The position numbers and the translations under genes were made by a program. A stretch of 64,000 nt of DNA from an uncultured Megasphaera sp. GTDB lineage: Bacteria; Bacillota; Negativicutes; Veillonellales; Megasphaeraceae. Each line of letters begins with the position of its first letter. Position 1 is the stretch's first letter. Below the pieces are notes generated by a model. The model saw nothing but the letters and a program-made list of their open reading frames with translations. It made no database searches and was not told where the DNA came from. Location: the NCBI GenBank assembly GCA_900554215.1, contig USGG01000004.1, positions 937 to 64,936 of the forward strand. The letters run 5' to 3'. Of this stretch, positions 31,701 to 43,700 are shown piece by piece.

Positions 31701-34700
31701 CCGTAACTGATTTTAATAATACCAGCTCTGTTGACGTAGGTAAGTTCACAGAGCTAAAGGCCGGACAAAATCTGGATTTAAAATCTGTCAATGCCGTTGA
31801 GGATGTTACTATTACCGGCAAAACCAAGTTCTGGAAAAACGATGCCGATGCAAAAGGCGGCGTCGGTATCGGTGCCAGCGTCAATTATCAGAATTTTGAT
31901 ACCTATTCTAAGGTTACTGTCGATGAAGGCGCGAGCCTTATGGCCGGTGACATCAGTATTGGCAGTGAAAGTGAGATATTCCACGTCGGCGCGATGCTGG
32001 GAGCAGGGAAGAGCGATGGCAGTGCCGTTAACGGTATGGTAACGATAACGGACAGCGACAGCTATAACGAGGTTGTTGTGGATTCTGATGCCATCTTGGA
32101 GTCTATAAAAGATGCTGCTGCCAAGACGAACGGCACTATCGATATTTGGGCTAATAACAATACCAGTGTCAATAATGCTATTCTCAGCATATCTGCCAGC
32201 GGGGACAATGTCGGCGCCGGCATTGGTGTGGCTCTCAATAATATCGATGTGCAGAACAGCGCTCAAATTATCGACAACGACGGTACTGACGATGAGGACG
32301 ACGCGCTGGAAGGAAAGATTTCTGCCTCGGCGTTGAGCGTAAACGCTGAAACAACAGGTCTTATTAACGCTATCAGTATAGCCGGGGGCATAACGAGCAG
32401 CGGGAAAGATGAAGGCGGAGAAGAAGGGTTCTTTGATAAAGTAACAGCTCCTTTTAATAAAATCAACGATACGAAAGAAAGCGCCTTAAACGGAATTGCG
32501 AATATATCCAATAAATTGCAGGACGTGCTTAAAACGATGGATCTGAATGCTTCTTCGTCAGGAAGCGAGGCTGGCGATGAAGAAACCGGAGTTCCTGGAT
32601 TCAGCTTTGCCGGCGCAGGAAGCGTATCTCTTAATTTAGTAAACGACACGACGAAAGCTGTCATCGACGGCGCGAATATTCAGTTTGAAAACGATGGTCA
32701 GCTGCAAGTCGGCGCGAGAGATTCCGCATTTACCGGTGCTTGGAGCGGCGCAGCCGGCCTTTCGTTCCGAAAAGGGCAAAGCGGAGGATCGAGCGGCAAC
32801 ACGAGCGTCGCTGTCTCCGGAGCTGTCGGCGTCAATGATATTGACAACGAAATTACGGCTTTCGTCAAAAACAGCACGATTAACGGCGCAAAAGACATCG
32901 ACGTAACGGCCGTCAGCGGCGGTACGACTATTGCTGCTGGCCTGGGCGCGACGCTGACCAGCGATTCGACGGGCGGCAAAAATTACAGCGGCGGTGCGTC
33001 TGTTTCCGTAAATCTGATTGATAAAGACGTTAACGCTAACATGGATGGCGTAACCTTGACGGGCGTTGTCGAAGGCGAAGACGAGGAGCAAAAAAACGTC
33101 ACGAATATTGACGTGACAGCATATGAAAGCGATGTACAGATTACAGGCGGCGTCCGGGCCGATATTGCCACTGGCGGCGGCAGTCTTGTCGGCGGCGGCG
33201 TGACCGTGGCTGATATTCATAACAATATCAATGCAGGTATTACCGGCGGTTCCTATACCGATGTAAACGATGTAACCGTAAAAGGCATGTTGGCGACGAC
33301 GCAGGTAACAGCGGCTGTTTCGGCTGGCGTGGCGACTGGCGGCAGCGGTACCAATAACGCTTTCAGCGGTGCAGCCGTTTATAATGGGCTCAGCAACGAT
33401 ATACATGCGTCCATTGACGGAGCGAATATTATTGCTGAAGGGACAGTGGCTGTTGCGGCTAAGGATACGGAAGCCGGATTGAAAGAAGCGGAACCGTATC
33501 AGAATTTGCTTAGCGACTATACCGAGCACAATCAATTCGCCACAGATAGAGGAATCGATACGAGCGGCTCTAGTTTCTACGAGGATTTGGATACGGCCGG
33601 CGAATCGGTCGATTACGACAGAAATGGCAGCACAATCGTCGGTGCGGCAGTTGTTGCGACCGGCAGCAATGGAAATGCTGCTGGTGCGGCTATCAATATT
33701 GCCGATATTGACAATGACTTTACTGCCTCGGTCAATAACGCCTCCGTTACGGCCGACGATGTACTGGCTGAAGCCGATGCCGATACGCTTCTCGTCGGAG
33801 CGGCTGGCGGCGTGGCTGCCGGAACAAAAACCTTCGGCGGCATGGGCAGCGTAACGTGGCAGGATATCGACAACGATGTGACGGCGCAGTTCGTAAATTC
33901 GCAGATTACGACCAATGCGGTTACGGCCAAAGCAGATAACAACACGCAGGCTATTAATGTCGCTGGCTCTGTATCCGTAGGCAAATCGGCAGCTGTGGGC
34001 GCGACGTTGGCCTATAATGCCTTGGACAATACAATCGGCGCATACATGAAAGGTAATTCCATAAAAGCCTTGGGAGACGATGTAGACGTTGTCGTCGACG
34101 CAGATAATACCGGCAAGGTATACGGTATCGGCGCCGGCGTTTCCGCTTCCACTAAAGCTGCGATTAACGGCAGTGTAGCTGTAAACCGCGGCGGTAGCAA
34201 TACAGAAGCTGTTATTGATAAGAGCGATGAAAAGGAATCGTATATTGAAGATGCAGGCACGGTAAAGGTGACTGCCGATGATGGTACATATCGCTTGGCA
34301 GTAGTCGGTTCTGTTTCGGCCAGCGGCAAAGCGGCTATCGGCGGCGGCGTCGCCTATAACGACGTCGGTGGTTCGTCAGCAGGCAGCGAAAGCAGCGGGC
34401 AAAATACGTTTGCGGCTATCAAGAATACAGATATTATGACGGCGGACAATGGCGAACACGATGTTACTGTTAAGGCCGATGATGCATCGAAACTCATGAC
34501 TATAGCCGCCGGCGTAGCGGCTGCTGCCACTGCAGGCGTACAAGGATCTGCTGCGACTTCCTTGGTGAATAAAAACGTATCTGCCATAGTCGAAAATACC
34601 GATATAGATGAAAGAGGCGGCAGCCTTGCTGAAGTGACCGTTGATGCGCAGAATAATAGCCAAATCACGAGCTCGGCAGATACCGGTTCGTTTGCGGCGC

Positions 34701-37700
34701 AGGGAGCTAATGTCGGTGCAGGTGTTGCTGTAAACCGCATTGTACAGCAAACGAATGCAGCCGTAAACGGCGGCGTAATGAATGTTAATAATCTTACTGT
34801 TCAAGCTGACGGCAAGCCGCGTATTGAAAACATCGGCGTCGGTATAGCTGTCGCCGGACAGGGAGCTGGCGTTTCCGGTTCCGTATCGGTCAACATGATC
34901 GACAACGACGTGACGGCTCATATAGGCAGCGGTGCAAATATTGCCGCCGACGGTAGCGTCGGCGTGGTCGCGACGAGCGACGAACAAATCAGTAATTACA
35001 GCGGGATGCTTGCCGCGGCTGGCCAGGGAGCCGGCGTTGGGATTTCTGTCAGCGTAAATCAAATTCAAGGCGAAACTAGCGCGACTGTCGGCGATGAAGG
35101 GACGAATACGGCTGTTTCTGCTAAAGGCAACGGCGACGGTTTGACGACGAGCACGGATATTTCCGAAGGGGAAATCAACGATACCTTGATCAGCAGTGAT
35201 ACCGTCGATATGGACGAAAAGATTGACCGATTGGATGAAACGCGCCAGGGACTTATTGTCGACGCTTCTTCGACTCGCAATATGAAATCGTTCTTGATTA
35301 ACGTCGGAGCTACCGGTCAGGGGGCGGGAGTAGCGCCTACGGTCAACGTCAATATGATAGATGGCGCTACGACCGCCGGTATTTCCCATACGGTCGTCAA
35401 TAAGGGCGTACCGGCCGGCGAGGTATTCGTCAATGCCGGCGATTATACGAATATGTCCGGCTTTGTCGGAAGCGGCGGTATTGCCGGCATGGGGGCCGGC
35501 GTAGGTCTCGGCAGCGATACGAATACGGTGAGCCGCAACGTCGAGGCTGTAGTTTCCAACAGCGACGTCAATGCCAAGGCCTTTGAAATCGACGCGAAGT
35601 CGATGCAGGGCATTTCTTCCTTTGTCGTCGGTGCAGGTGTAGCCGGTATTGGTGGCGGCGTAGCCGGCGTCGTGACAGTAACCGACCTTGCCAATACAAC
35701 GAAGGCAGCGTTGTTTAATAGTAACGTAACGGCAAATACTGTCGACGTAACGGCTGATCATAAAGGCATCGTAAATGCTGGTAATGTCGGTGTTGGTGCA
35801 GCTGGTATTGGCGCAGGCGTAGGATTGTCGGTTGGTGTGCTGAAAGATAATTCGGAAACATATGCTCTGGTAAGCAATGATAGTACAGAAGAAAAGTCTA
35901 TTGTGGCAGCCGGCGATGTTTCCATATCCGCGCAGAATACGACAACTGTGAAGCCTTCTATCTCAGCAACAGGAGCAGGCGTGGCGGGCGTAGCGGGAGC
36001 GACCTCTATCAATAATCTTAACAGTAAAGTTGTTACTGATCTTGCCAATGCAAATATTATATCGAAGAGTGGAAGTATTCACGGAACTGCTAATAATACC
36101 TTTAACATTGAAGCGTATATGGGCAGCCAAGCTGGCGGCGCCGTCGGTGTCGGTGCGGGCGTAACGGTCAACACGATTGACAGTACCGTGCAAATGAACG
36201 TTTCTGACAGCGAGTTGCAAGCGGCTCAAAATGTGGCATTGACTGCCGACGAAACTCGCAATATCCAGCAGACGGCTACGAATGTGGCTGCTGGCGGCGC
36301 AGCGATCGGAGCAAATATCGCCATTACGACAGTTGGGAAGGAATTTACTGATTCTGACGTACTGGCAGAGATTGATAGAGCTAACAACGCATTAGTAAAC
36401 GAAGACACACAGGAAAACAATGCATCTGCCTTATTAAATGGCGCCGGCGACGCATTGAAAACTGCCGGTATTGAAGAAAGCAGCGTAACTCCGTCTATCG
36501 GCGCAGAATACGGCGGCGGCAAAGATTCTCAGATTACTGTCAATATTTCGAACAGCAATGTGACAGGTAGCGCGATTAAGGCTGAAGCAGCGGAACATGA
36601 CGTCATTGACATGACGCTGGGAAGCGGTTCGGCCGGCGGCGTAGCCATTAATGCCGGCGTTGGCATTCTTGATGTAAACCGTAATGTGGGAGTCCATATT
36701 ACCGGCGGCAGTATGACGGCAAATGCGATTGACGTCAATACGGATATTACCGGCGAGGCAAACCTTGAAGTATATCAGGGCAGCGCCGGCGTAGTGAGCG
36801 GTAATGCCGCTGTCGGACAAGTCAGCACTAGCGGCAGCAGTACGATATCTATTGATAATGCGCGTTTTACGAGCAATGTAATGAACGTGCTGGCTGCCGA
36901 CCATGGCGTAACCAACGTCAACGTACTCGGCGTTACTGTCGGAGCTGTTTCCGTCGGGGCCATTGTTGCTGGAGTTAAAAATACGGGCAATACGGAAGTA
37001 GAAATGCAAAATAGCAAGATAGAAGATAAAGACGGCGGCAACAACGGTACCGTTTCAATCAAGACGGACAAAGCCAATACGGTGACGGCTCATGCCATGG
37101 GCGGCGCCGGCGGTGCTTTAGCGGCCCAGGGCGTCGTGGCGACGGCCAGCGACGAAGGAGAGAGCCGCATTACCTTGCAGGCAGGAAACGCTTTAGCTGC
37201 GAAGGAAATCGCTATCGCCGCCAAGGCCAGCCCGGCTGTCAAAGCCGTGGCGGACAGCGCAGCCGTAAGCGTGTTCGGCACGGCCGGCGGAGCCGGTGCG
37301 ACGGCGACGGCCAACGGTACTGTTGCCGTGACCGTGGCTGACGGCAACGAACTGAACGCCGATACCGTAGATATTTCCGCTGATGCGGCGACGCAAGACG
37401 GTAAAAATACGGCTGAAGCGGCTGTCGTCGGCGCCAGCGGCAGCGGGTATTATACCCTTGCCGAAAACTTGGCAAAGGCCGACGTAGCCATGAATGTTAC
37501 TGTAGATGTTGGCGATGCCGCCTATAAGACAGAGACGACAAAAAAACTCATTGGCTATAAAGACGTCGAGGGCAGTGAGGAAGGCGAGCGTACAGAAGTA
37601 TATGCAGAAGATACGAAGGGCGTGACGAATCTCACGATCAGCAGCAGCAACGCGGCCAAGGCGTCGGCCGATGCGAAGGGCATTACCATTGGCGGCATCT

Positions 37701-40700
37701 TCTCCAGCGGAAACAATCAGGCTTTGACCTCGAATACATCGCAGACGAAGGTCAGCCTCAGAAGCGGCAGTGAAAATACGCGGCTCGGCAGCCTGACCGT
37801 AACAGCGGCAGGTGCCGGCGACAATACCACGAAGGCCGACGGCAGCGGCGGCGGCCTCGTAAGCGGCGATTTGGCAGCTTACGTCAAAAATGAAATGAAC
37901 GCGACGACGCAGGTCGACATCAGCGGCACGTTGGAAGTCGAAGGCGACGTGCGCATCGAAGCCCTGCAAAGCGACACGGCTAACATCAATGCCGATGCCC
38001 TGAAGGCGGCTGTCGTCGGGGCGAGCGCGACGAAGGCTGACAACTCGATTACGGGAACGACGGGGATTTCTATTAGCGACGCCGTGATTACCAGCGGCGG
38101 AGATATGGATGTCAACGCGGCTAATACGGTGACCTTCGGTGACAAGGAAAACTATGCTGTCGAAGGCAGCGGATACGGTGGCGTCAACGTACAAGGCGCG
38201 GTATTTAACAATACCATTAATAAGAAGGCGAATATTGCCATTGCCAATAGCACCATCACGACGGACGGCGCTCAGAATTATGAAGCGAAGACGACGGGCA
38301 ATCTGAACGTAGGCGGATATATCAAGGCCGCCGGCTTAGGCGCCTTTACCTGGGTAGACGTCGATAATACCGTTACGTCTACCGATACAGTGTCTGTCGA
38401 TGAAAACAGCTCGCTGAAGACGAAAAAGACCGGCAAAGATATCGTCTTGGCCGCTGTAGACAACGTGGACATGGCTGTCATCGGCGTTGCCGATACGCAG
38501 GGCGGCGCAGTTGGCGGCGCAAGCTCCAATGTGACGAGTACCCTGAATCGGAACAACAGCATTGCTGTCGACGGCACGCTGTACAGCATGAACGATGTCA
38601 ATCTCTACGCCGGCAAGGATAAAAACGGCAGCGAAGGCAAGCTGGATCTGGAAGCCGATTCGGAATCGTACAATAAGACGGCCCTGGCCGTATCGAATCC
38701 CAAACTAAACGATGCGGTGAACCAGAATAACACCGTTGCGATCGGTTCTGGCAGCGAAGTCAGCAGCGTCCGCAACATCAACTTGTATGCCGATGCCGGC
38801 AAGGAAACAATCCGCGACAGCAGCGTCTTGTACACCTGGTATTGGAGCGATAAAGACGAAAACTACACCAGCTCGACCGTCGGCGATGCCGAACCGGACA
38901 ACAAGCACAGCAACAACTACGTTCAGGCCGATGGGACACTCACGGCGGGCGTACAGAACAAGCAGTATGTCACCATTGGCGGAACCTATGACCCCGAAAC
39001 GGGAACGACGGACGGTTCGCAGCTTATCTTCTTTGATGACCAAGTCAAAGATGCGGTAAATGCTTATGAAAATGGGCAGGAGGCCGTAGGAAAGGACGAC
39101 CTCATCATTAATGCTTCAGACGGCGTGGATAAGGATGGTATCGGCACGGGGACTATGGACTACGGCACGACCCTGTTCGATCGCTACAATGAGCTGGGCG
39201 AATTGATGCAGGCCTATGCGGAAGACCCAAGCTCGACTGCTTATTTGGGCTATAAAGCCGAGCGAGACCGCATAATGAGTCAGATGGAGTCGATGGGCCT
39301 GATCGAAGAGATTAAAGTTCTCGATAATGAAGGCAAGCCAACGGGAGAAACGTATAAGGCTCCTGTCGAAGGCGCTACCATCGACTATATCGAGCTGTCC
39401 GACATCGTAGCCAGCGGCGGTAATATCAACATCCAGAGTGATAACCTCAGCGGCAAAGGTTCACTTACGGCGAAAGGCGCGCCGGAAGTCGTCGTCAATA
39501 ACAACACGAACCTCTACCTGAAAGTAAATGACATTACGATTGGTGAAGCTGGCGGTGAAATCCATTACAACAATACGTCCCTCACCGGCGACGCGGCGAA
39601 AGACAATGCAACTATCGAAGGGCTCAACAAAGATGGGATGTCGGCAAACTTTGCCGTCATTTCCCCGGACGCCGCAGCGGAAACGGGCGGTCGCATCGTC
39701 ATCAACGGCAATTATGGCGGTACTGCTGTGTATGCGAATGTGACGATTGACGGCCAGACCCAAACGATCCAGACGACGCCGCGGGCCGACATCGAGATCA
39801 ATGGTCTCGTCGACGGCGGCGACGGTATAGTAGAAATCAGCAGCGCCGCGAACAATATCGTCATCCAAGGGGACAGCGCCTCTGACAGCGCCGGTGTGAA
39901 AGGCAAGACCGTCAAGCTGAGCGCCAGCAAAGGTTCGGTCAGCCAGGGCTTCCAGGAAGGCATCGTGAGCATCGGCGGCGACGTACAGGATCAATATGCT
40001 TCACAATATGAAGAAGGTAAGAACCATTTCGACACTGAATACGGATTCCAACATGATACGGTCCATGACGAATGGAGCAAGAACGAAGAGGTAAAATCTG
40101 ATGGCAACCGGATCGCCGGGGAAAATATTTACATCAGCGCTGCCGATATCAATATCAATGGCGAAATTCAGAGTGGATATGAAAAATACGTCGTTGAAAT
40201 TAAGGATACGAATGAAGTACAAAATAAAATAAATGACCTCCGGCAGAACTGGCTGGATAGCGGCAGCGGCGTTTTGTCTGATGCTGAAATCATGACGGGA
40301 GATACGTACCGCGTCGTCATGGGTAAAGATGTACGCGGTGAAGACGGCGTATATTACCGTACCTTAGACGTATATTATAATCCTTATACGGGACAGCTCG
40401 TCGTGCCTGACGTGGACGCCCACGGCGGCCAGGTCTACCTTACAGGCCGCATCAGCAGTACTGGCAGCGGCAGTATCAAGGTGCTGGACGGCGCGTATGA
40501 TATTAACGTCCACAACGATACGACGACGGATCTCCAGTTGGGCAAGCTGGTCAGCAACGACGTATCCGGCCTCATCAGCATTACGGATACGGCGAAAAAT
40601 ACGCTGACAGAATTTACTCGCGGCCAGACTATCGTCAAAGATTTGACGAAACTTGAAGATGGCGATTATGTAACCCTAGATACTATTAAAGGCGGCTCAA

Positions 40701-43700
40701 ACGTATATAAGCCTCAGGAGGGCCTCCGTTACAACTGGACTACAGGGCAAGAAGTTACGACAAAGGAAGAATATAGCAATACCATTAAAGCCGGCTTGTG
40801 GGGCGCTGTAGAAACTATGGATAAAACGCAGTTGGATGACTTCGAGGAAAGCCATAAGCCGTCGACTCCGGCGAAAGAAACGGAAAAAGACAAGCCTAAC
40901 GGCGAATACATTGGCAGTATCAGTACGAGCAAGGACGGCATCGACAACGACGACAACTTTATCGTCATTTATGATAATACGAAACTCAACGAAGACCGCG
41001 TTGGTCCCGGCGAACCGGAACGGTGGAGCACAGGGTTCCTCGGCTGGTTCAAGTGGGAAAAATATACGTGGTCGGTGACGACGGGGACGACGCAGCAGTA
41101 CGTCGCCAGCGTCAAAGCCGATAAGCCCATCGAAATCGGCTTTTTCGGCAATGCCGACGGCAACAGTAACATCAACATCAATGCGGCAGGCAACATCAAC
41201 CTGACCAATACGATCGGCTCGGCCAGCAGCGGAACCGGTTCTGTTATTGATATCGCCAGCACAGGCGGCGCCATTAATCAAAAAGGCGGCTCTCTCGTCG
41301 GAGATAACATTAACTTACAAGCGGCAGCGGGCATCAATGATGTAAATATCACTTCTATGGGCGATACAGTCCATCTCAATGCAGTCAACAGTGGCAGCGG
41401 CGACGTAACCATCGATGTTAGCGCTGCCTACGGCACGAAGGGCAACGTCGTCATCAATCAGTTGTTTGCCGGCGCTAATGCGCAGACAGGCGACGTATCG
41501 CTCACCGCCGACGGCAGCATTACGCAGAACGGTAAAGCTGTCAGCGTCAGCGGCAACCGCATCGACCTGACGAGCGAAAACGGCGCTATCGGTACGGATA
41601 GTCAGGCTGTTGTAGTAAACGGCGGCCAGAGTATTGTCGACGGCACGGATTCGCTGTCGGCCAGTGTTAACGCCCAGGCCAAAGACGACATTAACTTGAC
41701 GCAGGCCCAAGGCGACATGCGTATTGGCCGCGTTTATTCGGACAATGGCGACGTAACCATCACGGTGACAAATGGCAGTCTCATCGACGCCCTGCCTGAC
41801 GGCGAGACCATCGACCGTGGCAGTACAGACGCGCTTATCCAGAAGTGGAAAGACCTGGGCCTCATCGATGGCGACGGTAAATACACGGAAAGCCAAGAAC
41901 AAGATGTAGCTGAGTATGAAGCGGCTGTGAGAAACGAATTCGAACAGTACGAGATGTTGAAAGGCTATTACGAAGATGGAGAACAGCACCGCAACGATGC
42001 CGGATATGCGGCTTATGAAAAGCTGGCGGAAACGTATGGCGGCTATGAAAGTGCCGACGCTTATCTGGCTGGAGATGCGGCGCAAACGCACATAGGCGAA
42101 CTCCGGAAAGAAGGAGCCGGCTGGTCTGAAGATCAGCTCTTGTATGCGATTTCCGATGCGGTCATCAACCAGGAAAGCGGTGCGACGGATACGATCGTCA
42201 AAGACCCGAACCTCAAGGGTCATAACATCACGCTGAATGTAAAGGGCGACGTTGGCCGCAACAGCGATGAAACAACGAAGATTCAGTTGGCCGGCCTTAG
42301 TTCTCGTGTCGAAGATCTCAAGCAGTTGGCCAACGCCAATGCGGGAAGCGTAACGTGGAACGAAGCAAAGGGCGTCGCCATCATCAACGAAAAGACGCCT
42401 CTTGGCGTCCAGCTGACTGGCACTGGCGGCAGCTTGAACGTCCAGGCCGGCGGCAATGTCTATTTGGCGGGCCGGACTGAAGGCGACGGCGACGTGACCA
42501 ATGTCCTGAACATTGATTCTATCAAAGGCGGAAACATCCGCCTGCAAGGCAAAGACGGCATCTACAATGTCCATGCTGACCTAAACGAAGCTGCCATTAC
42601 GGGCAATAACCTGCTCATGCAGGGCGGCGACGGCAGCATCGGCACGGCTGATAAGGCCATGACGATCGACGTATCCGGGCCGGTACAGATGACGGCTGGC
42701 GACAATATTTACGTGAACCAAGTCGGCGACGACGCCTTGCAGATTTACTCCATGGGCGCAGGACAGGACATCGTGTTGGCGGCCAAGACGGATATCGTGA
42801 GCGCCAATACGCCTGTTTCGTCTGACGAAGAAGACGACGGCACGGTCCTGTCTTCCGGGTATATTCGCAGCGATGGCGGGTCCATTTCCCTTACGGCTGG
42901 CGGCGCCATCGGCACGGAAGGCCAAGGCCTGCGCATTTTGGACAACGGCGCCATAGTCAATGCCGCCGCCCAAGGTGACATCTATGTGGCCGGCGTCAGC
43001 GGAACTGGTTCTACAGGAACCTTGGCTATTGGCAATATTAGCTCGGCAGGCGGCAACGCGTCGATTACGGCTGAAACAAACATTGCTTTTGCCGCCGACA
43101 GCCTTGTCTCGGTCCAGAATGGAACGGGCACGTTGACCTTGACGGCTGAACAGGGCAGCGTAACGCAGGGCGAAGGCGAAGAAGGCAGCGGCATCTACGC
43201 CGGTACGGTCGACGTTTCCAGCAAGGGCAGCCAGCTGTTGGAAAATGCGCAGAACACGGTTACGAATTTCGTCGTCCGCGGCTTGGAAGAAGACAACAGC
43301 CTGACGGGCAATGTCCATCTGGTGAGCGGCGCTGAAACCGTACATATCAATTTCTCGGCTGATGGGGAAAAGGGTCTTACGGTCAACGACGGCAGTATTA
43401 CCGTTCATCATAACGGCAGTGCCGACGGCGAACTCAGAATGACCGGATCGGCGACAACGAAGAATGCTAGTAGTGACGATTCAATCAAAACGGACATCGT
43501 CATGAGCAGTCTTGGGAGTTTGACTAGCGATGGAGCGCTGGACAGCGCCGGAAATGTGTGTATGGATGCGGCCGGTAATATCACACAGAAAAACAGCGTC
43601 ACTGCCGTTGGAGAAGCGATGTTTACGAGTGATGCGGGAAGCATTTCTTTGACTGGAACAACGACGGCCGGCCGCGTAGAAGCGACGACGGAAAGCGAAG

